A stretch of 64,000 bases of DNA, from contig NC_068989.1 of the NCBI RefSeq assembly GCF_001194135.2, positions 38,746,026-38,810,025 on the forward strand. Direction: 5' to 3'. The translations under genes were made by a program, and so were the position numbers. The notes beneath the pieces are model-generated. The model had not been told where the DNA came from and made no database searches. It saw nothing but the letters and a program-made list of their open reading frames with translations. This DNA comes from Octopus bimaculoides. Taxonomy: Eukaryota. Shown piece by piece: positions 13,964 to 26,669 of this stretch. Position 1 is the first letter of the stretch; each line of letters begins with the position of its first letter.

Positions 13964-14732
13964 ATTATGTTAGATAGTTTTAATTTAAATATTAGCCATT
14001 TAAAACAAGTAATTTTGTAAAAATAGAACCATAAATGATCAGAGGTGGGTTGGTCCAAAAGAGTTTAAGAAACTAGCATGCAACAAACATAAGTACTTGA
14101 GTTTTTGAATATGAAGTGGTTGACTAAAGTCTTTGTCATCAGGCAATATCTCTTGGGACCACTCCAATATATAACAATGGAGTTGGACTCAATACTATAA
14201 GCCAACAAAACTCTCTTGAATTTTACAATATTCCTGTTGTTTAGCAGGAACTTTGCAATACTTAGAATAGCTTGTTGTTCCAATCCTATGTAACATATAG
14301 TGTCACAAATTAGGAAGGACCATACTTTCAGCTGCTTCTTGACCATAATATATAAGACAGAATTTAATAAGCTAAATTTATATTTTCTTATCTGAGATCA
14401 TTTAATTCATGTCATTATTTCTACTAAGAAATCTATGTGCAACAAATCACCTCATTTCTCTTTTTACATACATCTCAGGTTGTATAACTATGTGAAGAAT
14501 TCATATTTGATAAGTCATGTTATTCCCTCTGGCTGGATGACCATCATAATGCTAATCACAACAGTTGCATTGGAGCTGTCTAGATATTATGACACATATC
14601 AATGAGATGTTTCCAAACATTTTTCTACTCAACTGCTCTTTATTGATTTTAGTTAATCATTGCCTCACTTCTTAATTGAGATTCTTACTTACATATATGC
14701 TTGTGTGTACATACATGTATATACATATATGC

Positions 14733-14779
<47 letters not shown>

Positions 14780-14809
14780 CATATGTGCATATATATGTAT
14801 GCACATATA

Positions 14810-15657
14810 CAAGGGGCATTCCAGAAATTTTGAGACTTTTTCAGGGAGTCATTTACTAATATCAAAGAAGTGCAAAACTCTAATCTCTTTAAAAGTAGGA
14901 TCCTCTGACTTGAATACGTTTCTTATAGCACACCAGCTACTTTGTGAAGGCTCTATGGAAGTCCTCCAAAAGCCTCCTTAATCATCTTCAAAACAATTGT
15001 TCCTGAGGTTCATCTTCAGTGTGGAGAACAACTAAACGTTAGAGGTAGCATGGTCTGAACTGAGAGTGAGGGACAGTTTTGACGTCCATCTCTGTCAAGT
15101 AGTTGGATACCAGGGTGTTTGTCACTGAGCACCCTGGGAACAAGATTTGTGCAAATTTTGTGCAAGTTCAAATCTTCACAGATAATTCTGTGTACAGTTG
15201 CCATACCAACTCTAAACTGTGTTTTTTGTCTTCAGAGACATTCACTGGTTTTCTTCCAGAAACCTTCAAATTTTCTCAACTACCTAAGATGTTTTGATGT
15301 CTTTATTCCTCCCACATCCCTCATCCTTTCTGACCTCCTTTCTACTAAACTTGAACCCCTTGTACCAGTGAAAAAGTTTTTCTATAAGCAGTCTAGAGCA
15401 TTTCTTTAGTTTCTGTAGTACTTTTTCCTAGTTTAATAACGAACTTTCCAGTTCCCTTTTTCATTCTACAAACTAGTCAGCTATGACAAGCAGTGTTTAA
15501 CTGAGTGTGTTCAAAGTGCTCTTATAGCTGTGTTCTTCAATCTATTATAACACAAGTTGGTAGATCAACATATTAGATGTATAGTAATGACATAGTAAAA
15601 TGACAATAATCTAGAACTGCCTCTCTTAAAGGTGTCGAACTTCTGGAATGCACCTTG
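14810..15657 (-). mobile_element. Internally deleted mariner (DD34D-type) element with TIRs and TA target site
   Basis: Left TA|caaggggcattccagaaatt; right aacttctggaatgcaccttg|TA (inverted match). Minus remnants TVHRIICEDLNLHKICTNLVPRVL (WVPREL-like) and a decayed SPDLAPSD-like motif. Confidence 0.85.
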
Positions 15658-15765
15658 TATATTTTATTCTTGTATTCGTTTCAGCCATGTGGCTGTGGTC
15701 AGCTGGAGCACCACCTATGCATATATGTATATATACATATGTATATGTGCATAGACCTACATATA

Positions 15766-16611
15766 CAAGGTGGCCCAAAAGTGACTGAGGGTTTTTAATT
15801 TTTAATAACTCCCTTATTTTTACAAATAGGTGTATAAACTCTTAATTCAATATAGAAGAGATAATGGAAATTAATTTGCTTTAGTTGTTTTCGTTATACC
15901 TCTGCATTATATATGAAAAATGACATCTTTTAAATGGCATCCATTTTCAGCTTCACAAATCTGTGCCCTTTCCAAAATAGTTTCCTTGACAGATGTAAAG
16001 GTTTCAGGGTCTAGTTCCCTGATTTCTCTAGTGATATTCTCCTTTAGTTGTTCCAGGATTTCTGGTTTGTTAACATAATCCTTCTCCTTGAGGTACCCCC
16101 ACAAGAAGAAGTCAGGCTGGTCAAGTCTGGGGAACCCAATGGCCAGTAGCAAGAGATGATTCTTTCTCTTAAACATTGTCTCAGCAATTGTATTGCCTCT
16201 CTAGCAGTATGAGCAGTTGCCCCATCTTGCTGGAACCACATATCGGGCCTATTTTGAATGGTCGGGCACAAAAAGCTCTAAATCATAGCCCTGTACCGCT
16301 CAGCAGTCACAGCGACAACATTCCCATCATTGTCCTCAAAGAAATAAAGCCAGATTATCTCATCCGCCATAATTGCACACCATACTGTACACTTTATGGT
16401 GTGCAATTCTCTTTGGTTCTCTCTAGGTTTGAATAATAGACCCCTGATTTTGATAGAAACATTTCACCACTTGGGTATGCTGTGCAGTGCCATGTGTTTT
16501 GATAATTAATGTCCAGGATCTAGTCCATAAAATCCCTGAAAATAAAAGAAAAAGTCACAAAATAAAAGAATTATTAAAGATTGGGACACCTCAGTGACTT
16601 TTGGGACACCC
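15766..16611 (-). mobile_element. Internally deleted Tc1/mariner element of rosa (DD41D)-like type with TIRs
   Basis: Left TA|caaggtggcccaaaagtgactgagg; right cctcagtgacttttgggacaccc|TA. Minus remnants KCTVWCAI..YFFED, WFQQDGATAHTA, WP.GSPDL/PDFFLWGYLKEK..NKPEILEQLKENI. Confidence 0.85.
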
Positions 16612-17547
16612 TATCTTTGTGTGTGTGTTTTTGTATGTGCATATGTATGCATATGTATGTGTAAATTTACAAGTGTTTGTAGATATGTATGTGTACAAAA
16701 AAAATTAAGCAAAGACAGTACTTGAAAAAAAACAGTACAAGATACAAACAAAGTCATTATACTCCTTCATAAGCAGGTAACTGTTGTACACCCTTTTTTC
16801 TTAGAAAGATCCTGATGATGAACTAGTGGGATCATGTCACAAATGAAGAGATTCTGAGAAGAGCAATTGACAAGACCACCACAAGAAATTGTAGCAGAGC
16901 ACTGATTCTGTCTGACAAGCCACATTCTTCATCTAGCCAATAAATGGCACTCAAAAACATAGCAGATATCATATCATTGTTATTATGTTAAATTGTCGTA
17001 TGTCCAAATTTGGCCATATGTGTTTTTTCCAAAATTTGATTTTGCTTGCAATAGCCAGTTCCTTTGTTCAAACTATCATATCTCCAGCTGCTTCAGATGA
17101 AAATTGTCAAAGTGTAATGCAATGATCTAGCATTTTTCAAAAGTGTAGTAAGTCCCACATAGAACAGTTTTGCAAAAAAATATCATACATGCATGAAGTC
17201 ATGATTTTATGCACCCAACAAAGTATTATTGTTAGGCTGAAATTATTGCTAATGTAAAAAAAAAAAAATTGGAATTGTGAAACCATATTTTAATTTTCTG
17301 AAAAAGCAATATTTTGGACTTACGACACTTTTGCATAATAGCAATGATATGAAGTCAGGTTTAAAAGAGGCAGATCCAGAATCATTTGACACTGTATATT
17401 TCAAGTTGACGTGAAGACAGTCTACATTACATAGAATGAATGTGCAAGAGTAGCATGTGACTGAACTAGGTGAAGAAAGCTTGCTCCCCAATGTGCAGGA
17501 TAACCTACTGCTAAAGCTAAATACATACATATATATATATATATAAA

Positions 17548-17677
17548 TTTAACGTCCGCCTTCCATGCTAGCATGGGTTGGACGATTTGACTGAGGACTG
17601 GTGAACCAGATGGCTACACCAGGCTCCAATCTGATTTGGCAGAGTTTCTACAGCAGGATGCCCATTCCTAACGCCAA
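17548..17677 (-). mobile_element. RTE 3'-tail segment fused downstream of a 5S rRNA-derived head
   Basis: Reverse complement reads ttggcgttaggaatgggcatcctgctgtagaaactctgccaaatcagattggagcc...catggaaggcggacgttaaa, the same tail as 39,130-39,265. Confidence 0.85.
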
Positions 17678-17686
17678 AGTGTGGGA

Positions 17687-17797
17687 TGCTTACAGCACCT
17701 AGGTTTCCCAAGCGGTCACCCATCTAAGTACTCACTAGGCTCGACGTTGCTTAACTTTGGTGATCGGATGAGAACCGGTGCTCTCAGCGTGACATGG

Positions 17798-17799
<2 letters not shown>
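17687..17799 (-). pseudogene. 5S rRNA-derived sequence (about +7 to +119); pseudogene or SINE3 head
   Basis: Reverse complement agccatgtcacgctgagagcaccggttctcatccgatcaccaaagttaagcaacgtcgagcctagtgagtacttagatgggtgaccgcttgggaaacctaggtgctgtaagca matches the metazoan 5S consensus (box A agttaagc, box C-like agatgggtgaccg). The first ~6 nt are replaced by (TA)n. Confidence 0.9.
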
Positions 17800-17833
<34 letters not shown>

Positions 17834-18934
17834 ATCTATGTATGCATGTATGTGTATATACACATGTATGTATATGTATGCTTAGATGGGTATTGTAAAT
17901 TTTAGAGGTAATACTTGATAAGTGTAAGCACCTGTATATGCCAGATAGTGGCCGAGGTGAAAGAATATATTAAAACGTAAAATGAAAACAGAACACAAAG
18001 GATTCTGCGGTACACGTGTTTCAAGCTCTATACACAAACTGTCATTGCATCATTACATGAGTATATAATTGATAGAAATTCCAAAAGCTTCTTAACATAC
18101 AATCTCCTCTGTGACCATATTCCCTTCTCTCACCTACCCAATAAAATACATATAAATTTATTTCTTGTTTCTTTAAGAACAGACATAAACTTCCTGTTGA
18201 CAAAGAGTCCAGAGCTCCAACTAAAGAGAATAAAACCCACAGAATTGTCTTCCCTTACCCACACTTCCTGTTTTGACACCACACTTCCTGTTTAACACAT
18301 AAACTTTCAGCCTTTTTTAAACATAACACTAATCTTAATTACATGCATCCTAATCTTTCTAACAATTATCTACATGGATTACCATTGAATTTTAAAAGCT
18401 CAAAGACAATGTAATGTATTGGTATATTTATTCTTTTATATATTTCTTATATATATATTTTTTTTTGTAAAAAACATTATTTTCATTTTCCCTCTTCTTG
18501 ANNNNNNNNNNNNNNNNNNNNNNNNNNNNNNNNNNNNNNNNNNNNNNNNNNNNNNNNNNNNNNNNNNNNNNNNNNNNNNNNNNNNNNNNNNNNNNNNNNN
18601 NNNNNNNNNNNNNNNNNNNNNATATATATATATATATAAGCTGGCCACTGATTGTTCACGATGTGCCCAACCATTCCCACCCACTTCACCGGAATCCTCT
18701 TCTCAATTATCAGGAACCCCTACGGAGTTCTGCCTCACTTCTATACCAGAAGGCTTGCATACTGCCCTCCCTTCCCATCACCACCAATCATTCACACTAC
18801 TGCATGTGCCAAAAGGAGATGTGTTACTTAGTAAATTAACAAACCACCTTTCCCTCCATATATAATGGACTAACCAATAGCAGCTCATTTACTTAATTTA
18901 CACATTGACCTGTTTATGTTTGCAGACCCTTTAT

Positions 18935-21035
18935 ATGGTCAGAGAGTTAGGGACATCCTAATTGAGAAATTTGATTACAGGGAGGAGGAGCTACAGACTT
19001 GTGACATAGAGGGCAACTGAGAATTCCAGTGGGCAGCTTGCTGAGTGCCACAGACCAAATCTGTGGCTGGTGCAAAGTCCCTTCCAGACTTAGGTTGATG
19101 TGGTGGTGGAACGATGCTGTAGACAGGGCCATTAGAGCAAAGAAACAAACCTGGAAGAGTTAGGGTAACAGGGGATTGTATCAGATAATCAGAAGAGAAA
19201 CTTGGAGGCAGGTATATCTAGCTTGAAGAGTAGCAGAAAAGAAGTTTTCCCATGTTCAGTGATGTGAAGACCAAAGAACTGAAGTGTTTCACATTGCAAG
19301 ACAGTGTGTGAGAGAAAATTTTGATGTCTTAGGAGAGATATGTGTCTGCATGGATGATGGCTCACTTGCATTTAATAATTTTTGCAAAGAAAGACGGTTG
19401 GAAATGCTATTATGAAAGACTGCTGAATATGAAGACAGGGAAAACTCCGGGCCCATCAGGAATCACCACTGAGATGCTTAAAATATCTGGCGGCATGGTT
19501 TATGGTCTAGTCACCCATATTGTAAATCAGGTGGTTCACAAAGGAGTCGTACCTAATGACTGGTGTAAGCAGCATCATAGTCAACTGCTACAAGGGTAAA
19601 GGTGATGCCATAGATAGAAATAATTACAGAGGTATCAAGTTGTTGGGTCAGGTGATCAAAGTTACAGAGAGGGTCATAGCCCAACTAATCAAGGAAACAG
19701 TTAGTTTAGATGAGATGCAATTTGGTTTTGTGCCAGGTAGAAGCACCACTGATGCTATATCTCTGGTAAATACATAGCCAAAGATAGACCTTTCTACTTG
19801 GCTTTTGTTGACTTGGAGAAAGCCTTTGACAGGGTTCCCTGATCCCTTATCTGGTGGTCAATGTGGAAACTAGAGATAGATGAATGGTTGGTGAGAGCTA
19901 TACAAACCATGTACAGGGACACTACCAGTAAGGTGAGGGTTGGCAATGAGTACAGCGAAGAATTCAGGGTACAAGTTGAGATTTGTCAAGCATCAGTGCT
20001 CAGCCCCTTCTTGTTCATCATAATCTTCCAAGCAATAATAGAGGAATTTAAGAGAGGTTGCCTCTGGGAGCTCCTCTATGCTGATGACCTTGCTGTCATA
20101 GTGGAATCACTACCAGAACTAGAGAAGAAGTTCCAGGTATGGAAGCAAGGTCTAGAATCGAAGGGCCTTACAGGTAACCTAGCTAAGACCAAAGTCTTAG
20201 CAAGTAGGAAGGCAAAGAAATCACCAATCCCTTCAGGTAGATAGCCCTACTCAATCTGTGGAAAAGATATAGATAAAAACTCCATAATACGTACCCAGTG
20301 TAAGCTTTGGATGCATAAGAGGTGCAGCAATATTAGAGATAAGTTAACAGGAAAAATAGAATTTGTGTATGGAAGATGCACAAGTACAGTAAACACCGAA
20401 AATGTACAGAAAATAGATTCCATCAACTGCCAGGTAAGTAAGATAAAGGTAGTAGATAGCTTCCATTATCTAAGTGACCAAGTTAAAAGTGGAAGTGAAT
20501 GCTCCAAGAGCATAGCTGTGAGAATATGAATAGGCTGGGCAAAGTTCAGAGAGCTCTTACCTTTGCTGGCAGCAAAGGACCTCTTCCTCAGAGTGAAAGG
20601 CAGATTGTATGATGTCTGTGTGTGAACAGCTATGCTACATGGCAGTGAAACATGGGCTGTGACAGACGAGGACATGTGTAGGCTTGAAAGAAATGAAGGC
20701 AGTATGCTTCACTAGATGTGCAATTTCATTGTGCATGTTTGACAGAGTGTAAGCATCTTGAGAGAAAAGTTGGGCATAAAAAGCATCAGATGTGGTATGC
20801 AAGAGAGACAACTACACTGGTATGGTTATGGAATGTGTTTAAAGGAGGACAGCTGTGTAAAGAAGTGCCAGTCTCAAACTGTAGAGGGAACCTGTGGTAG
20901 AGGTAGACCCAGGAAGATGTGGGATGAGGTGGTGAAGCATGATCTTCAAACTTTGTGCCTCACAGAGGCAATTACTAGTGACCAAAACCTTTGGCGATAT
21001 GCTGTGCTTGAGAAGACATGTCAAGCCACATAGTC
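18935..21035 (+). mobile_element. 5'-truncated, decayed RTE-clade LINE (RT with PHD-like insert); 3' UTR missing
   Basis: MWWWNDAV; KTGKTPGPSGITTEMLK; YKGKGD..NYRGIKLL; QFGFVPGRSTTDAI; AFVDLEKAFDRV; SVLSPFLF; LLYADDL; VVDSFHYL; GTCGRGRPRKMWDEVVKHD. Several stops, frameshifts and internal deletions. Confidence 0.95.
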
Positions 21036-22199
21036 TCACGTTCAGTCTCACTGCATGGCACCTTGAACAAACATCTTCTTTTACAGCCCTGGGTCCACCA
21101 AAGTCTTATGAATGAATTCAGTAGATGAGAAATTTAAGATATGTATGTACATGAATGTATATATGTGTTTGTGTATGCAAGTAGTGTCATTCATTTCCAG
21201 TTTTCCCTGAGAACATATCTGGTCATGGGGAATATTACCTGAAGTACTTAGAAACAGGTGAGAATTGGTGAGAGAGAGAGAGCAACTGGGCATAGGAAAT
21301 ATGCCTCAGCAGATTCTGTCTTACCTGTTTAAGCATGGAAAAGTGGACAGTAAATGATCACCATTTTGATAATCAGTAGAATTTTTTATCAATTTAATAT
21401 GGTGGGCTATACATATAAAACTTTTTGCAAAGCTATATGATGTTATATGACAGTTCTGCTAATAATTTCTTCAGACTAGTTACAAAGGTAACACAATTGG
21501 TGCCCAAATTTCCACACAATAGAATTGAACCCAAAACAAATTTCTTAACCATAGAGCCATATACGCACACGCATACACATATGCACACACACACACACAC
21601 TCTCATTCATTCATTCATTTGGCTATTATCTACTTGATACAGAAGAATGAAGTAAAGCACTTTCCTAGGTATTGTTTGTAAAATTTTAAGAAATTCTAAA
21701 AGATATTTTTCTTTACAAGTTGCATATAAACATTGCATATCAAGAATGGCTGCAAAATATGTTAATTCCTATGAAGTTCATTGGTAGTTTGTTTTTAGTT
21801 TTAAGAAATATGTTTCTTAGTACAGTGTTCAGAAAGTATGAACTAAACAATTCGAAATCAAACCAAAATGGTAATAATATAAAGCAGAATGGGTAGGTGG
21901 TCAGAGGCATTTATTCTTTGCTGGTTTCTTTAATTCTTTCTCTAGGTCTATGGAAAACAAATTCTAAGAAGCCATAACTTACACTTCGAAGCAAACATAA
22001 TAACACATCATACTTCTCTTGTATAATGTGTATATTTCATTGTGTGTGTATTTGTAAAAATTAGTGTTGTGAGGTTTTTTTGTGTATTTGTGTATACATT
22101 TAAAATTAAGTATTATATATAAATGCATGCATATGTAAGTATATATCAAGTATATATGTATGCATATACATATTTGTGTGTATGAACATATGTATGAAT

Positions 22200-22225
22200 A
22201 TATATATGTGTGTGTGTGTGTGTGT

Positions 22226-22320
<95 letters not shown>
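22200..22320. repeat. Compound (TG)n-(TA)n-(GA)n microsatellite
   Basis: Directly visible. Confidence 0.97.
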
Positions 22321-22321
<1 letters not shown>

Positions 22322-23500
22322 TAGATAGACACCATGAATAATTATGTGTATGTTCATAAGTACATTTATATATTCACAAATATGTGAATGTATAATGTAA
22401 AAGCATGTACATATGCATGTATACATATGTGCATACTAACATACATATGCATTGTTAAACACAAACACACACGGATTACTGTGAAATAAACACATTCTCA
22501 GAGATTATAGCTGACAATCATACTTGTAATTTTCATTATGAAAGCACATTGTTTATTATACATATATATATATATATAACTTATACAAATGTGCATACAC
22601 ATATAACACATGTTTACATTTGGAGATATGTATGTATAATCAATTATTTAATGTTTGTGTGCTGCTATATTATGCCCTTGAGCATATTTCATCTACATCG
22701 ATATTTCCCTAGCTCTGCCTATATCAAACATACTGTCTGACTATTGTAATTACCAAGTCAAATTCCTTTCTTTAGCCTTACTTATGCTTAACTTGCATCT
22801 ATATTTTTTACACATTTTTTTGTTAAACTCAAAACTTTTCTGTTCATCTTCAATTTTCTTTTCACATTTCCTTTTCCTTCATTTCACTCATGTTTTCAAA
22901 GAGATTCTCATTTTTTAACCTGAATTTCACTTGATTTTCATCGAAAAATAATAACCACAGAAAATGAAATAAAGATAACAAAGGACATATGATACACCAA
23001 GCAAACAGCAACAACCGCACCAACTCAATTCTCAATCTCAACTTGTATTAACTTTTCGTTTTGTATTAATTTCTAATCTTGAGAAACAGACCAAGTCCTA
23101 ACAATGACAATAGTTTTTGCTTTATGGTAATAGGCAGACTAAGCTATGCACTAAATGATCTTTCCACTGAGGTATATTACAAATCTTCCTTTCAACTTTT
23201 CTGTTTTAATTTACTCTTATTTTGCCTGTTTTAAGAATTTTAAACAACTGATAATTGGTATATGTGTCTGCAATAAGGCATTTTTGTGTACCCATTTTTC
23301 TTTGATTTCATTTCTTTTGTTCCATACTCTTCTTTTCTATTCCAGCAGCCTATTATTTTATTACTAGTCAAAATGGAATGTGTGTTTTTGTCTTCATTAA
23401 AGAAGGAAGAAATAGTACTTTCATCAGTATAAGAGCATTCTAAGTCCCAAGCTATGCATTTTGTTTAAGAATACTTGCTGTATCCAAAGTTTAAGTCCTA

Positions 23501-23827
23501 CAGAAGTTCTCAACCAGGGTTCATATAAAATTTTTTGGTGGTCCACACAGCAGAATAGTAGATTGGGAATCTACAATAGTATTTTGAGGACCCCTGAAAA
23601 TATTTTACTTTAGATGTATGTAGTGGTATCTTTTGCAAGTATCAGCTAAGTTTCTTTCTCTAACATCTTACATGACCTACACAAGTTAATGTGTAAAAAA
23701 AGAAAATAGGAATTTTGAAAGAAGTTTCTGTAAAACTAGTTTTTTAACATCGAATAGCTATGGGGGTCCACCAGAATAAAATAATAATCAAAGGGGTCCA
23801 TAGATAAAAAATGGTTGAGAGCCTCTG
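23501..23827. mobile_element. hAT-like MITE
   Basis: Inverted ends cagaagttctcaacc / ggttgagagcctctg (CAGGGGTTCTCAACC-like) with internal ggggtcca subterminal motifs. No intact 8-bp TSD found. Confidence 0.6.
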
Positions 23828-24599
23828 GTTTAGGAGCTGATGTTCGCAAGTTCAAATCTTATGGTGTTTGGTTTTGCCTTCCATAAGTCTAGAGTTATCT
23901 TCTTCACAAAGATTCTCAACATCTCGATATCCTCCTCATAGCCATTATCCTCACCAGCACCATAATGACATTTTTTCTCTACAAGGAGGAGTTGGACAGA
24001 GGTGTAATACAAACAAAGACCACTTTTGTCAGACCTGATTTTCTTTGAAAATCTTTCTTGATCTATCTGTACTATCAGCTCTTATAACTCATAATCCTCA
24101 CCTTCCTCTCCATCCAGCACGATTTATTAGTGTTATGTACATCTATCCAGCCACAGTTTGCATTTCCAGCTGCTCAGCCTTCTGTCTTGTAGATTGAAAT
24201 TGAAATTCTTCATGTCAAACTCAGCTGATATCTCATTTCACATATAAACATTGCCTAAACTACTTCACAAACACTACACTTCTTAAAATATTTCAGTTTC
24301 AGAAGAGAAAATTTGTTGATTCTCTTTAAACATTATGATCACATTGGCAAACATATCCCCTATCTGGGATTGTGTTTCAGGTACACATGCAAATATTCTA
24401 AACTATATTAAAAAAGGAAATACAAAACAAAAAAGTCATACAGTTAATTAACAAAATAATTTCATTGTGTTAGGCCACAACTATTAGTATATAGACAGTT
24501 TCTGCAATACAGTACTAGAAACATATTTGAGCACTACTATACATTCTAGCTGTATTTCTGTCTAACTCTCTCTCTCTCTGTATGTGTGTATATTATTTT

Positions 24600-24825
24600 A
24601 TTCCTTTATTCTGTTACTTGTTTCAGTCAGTTGACTGCGGCCATGCTGGAACACCACCTTGAAGGGTTTTAGTCAAACAAATAGACCCCAGGACTTATTT
24701 TCTAAGCCTAGTACTTATCCTATCAGTCATTTTTGATGAACCTTTAGGTTACAGGGATGTAAACACACCAACACCGGTTGTCAAGCAGTGATGGAGGGAC
24801 AAACACAGGCACAAACACAGACACA
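24600..24825 (-). mobile_element. SINE 3' portion (ccagcatggccgcagtc..actgaaaca tail family)
   Basis: Shares body and tail with 46,735-46,905, 49,030-49,100 and 15,670-15,712. Confidence 0.65.
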
Positions 24826-24834
24826 TCGATATAT

Positions 24835-24911
<77 letters not shown>

Positions 24912-25574
24912 NNNNNNNNNNNNNNNNNNNNNNNNNNNNNNNNNNNNNNNNNNNNNNNNNNNNNNNNNNNNNNNNNNNNNNNNNNNNNNNNNNNNNNNNN
25001 NNNNNNNNNNNNNNNNNNNNNNNNNNNNNNNNNNNNNNNNNNNNNNNNNNNNNNNNNNNNNNNNNNNNNNNNNNNNNNNNNNNNNNNNNNNNNNNNNNNN
25101 NNNNNNNNNNNNNNNNNNNNNNNNNNNNNNNNNNNNNNNNNNNNNNNNNNNNNNNNNNNNNNNNNNNNNNNNNNNNNNNNNNNNNNNNNNNNNNNNNNNN
25201 NNNNNNNNNNNNNNNNNNNNNNNNNNNNNNNNNNNNNNNNNNNNNNNNNNNNNNNNNNNNNNNNNNNNNNNNNNNNNNNNNNNNNNNNNNNNNNNNNNNN
25301 NNNNNNNNNNNNNNNNNNNNNNNNNNNNNNNNNNNNNNNNNNNNNNNNNNNNNNNNNNNNNNNNNNNNNNNNNNNNNNNNNNNNNNNNNNNNNNNNNNNN
25401 NNNNNNNNNNNNNNNNNNNNNNNNNNNNNNNNNNNNNNNNNNNNNNNNNNNNNNNNNNNNNNNNNNNNNNNNNNNNNNNNNNNNNNNNNNNNNNNNNNNN
25501 NNNNNNNNNNNNNNNNNGGGATACATTGTCTGCAAGTTGTTGGGTTCAGCATATTATCCTCCATTTTCTAATTG

Positions 25575-25611
<37 letters not shown>

Positions 25612-26551
25612 GGGCTTCTTTCAGTTTCTGTCTACCAAATTCACTCACAGGGCCTTGCCATACAGTAGGACTGAACCCAGAACCATGTGCTTGGGAAGCA
25701 AGCTTCTAACCACACAGTCATTCCTGCACCTATAAACTCACACACACACACATCATGTTTAGCTATGGGGGAAATATTACTTTCCTTGGAAACATGTAAG
25801 AAATGACAAGAAGTGTCTGGCTATTGAAAAATCTGCCTCAAAAAGCTCTGTCCAACATATGCAAGCATGAAAAGTGGACATTGAAATGTTGGTGAGGACA
25901 TATGTGTGTGTGTGTGTGTGGTTGCATGTATGTAAGCAGGTATTTAGATTGGTTCAAATGTGTTCTGAACATATTTAACTTGTAAAAAAGGCAGCTTTCA
26001 CTGCAGCTTACCATTGAGAAAAATGTTTGCTTTATGCAGTAGGTGTTAAAAACACCAGCAGTCATTTCACAACGTTTCTGGTAGAACAGTGAATGCATTT
26101 GTAATTACTTGACTATCATCAGCACTATGTGTCACAGCAGTAACAACCCTGATATGATTCTGGAAGTCCTTGCTTCCTTATAGAAAATCAGTGTCGAAAC
26201 ATGAACTGATTAAATATGACATAAGACTGGTTAGGACAAAATATTGTAATAGGCATGTGAAAGCATCGATCAATTCAAATATGTTTGTGATATATTTGAC
26301 TTCAAAAATGCTACCTTCACTGCAGTTTGATATCAAGAAAAATACTCACTTCAGGCATTAGTTATTAAAAGCACCAACAGTAATTTTAGGGCACCTGCTT
26401 GTGTAATGGTGAATACATCTCAGTTGTTGCCACTGAGTGGACTGGAACACCTGGAAATTTAGGGCCTTTCATGAGGATGCAGTATGCCTACAGAAGTAGA
26501 CCCAACATTATGATCATAGAGCATAGTAACTGGCCCTTAAGCCTCATGCCT

Positions 26552-26582
<31 letters not shown>

Positions 26583-26619
26583 NNNNNNNNNNNNNNNTAT
26601 ATATATTTATATATATATT

Positions 26620-26669
<50 letters not shown>

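Noticed and set aside
17324-17421. Possible 98-nt minus-strand exon (DCLHVNLKYTVSNDSGSASFKPDFISLLLCKSV) with a GTAAGT donor
   Set aside because: Weak acceptor, no recognisable homology, no partner exons, and the plus frame is equally open.
18005-18055. Minus-strand agttt..gagct-t-GAAAC-ACGT-GTA, hammerhead-like
   Set aside because: CUGAUGA core destroyed and helix I absent; at most a PLE pLTR relic.
23830-24012. ORF MYYTSVQLL...ELANISS with a pyrimidine-rich AG inside
   Set aside because: No recognisable domain or linked exons; it abuts a MITE.
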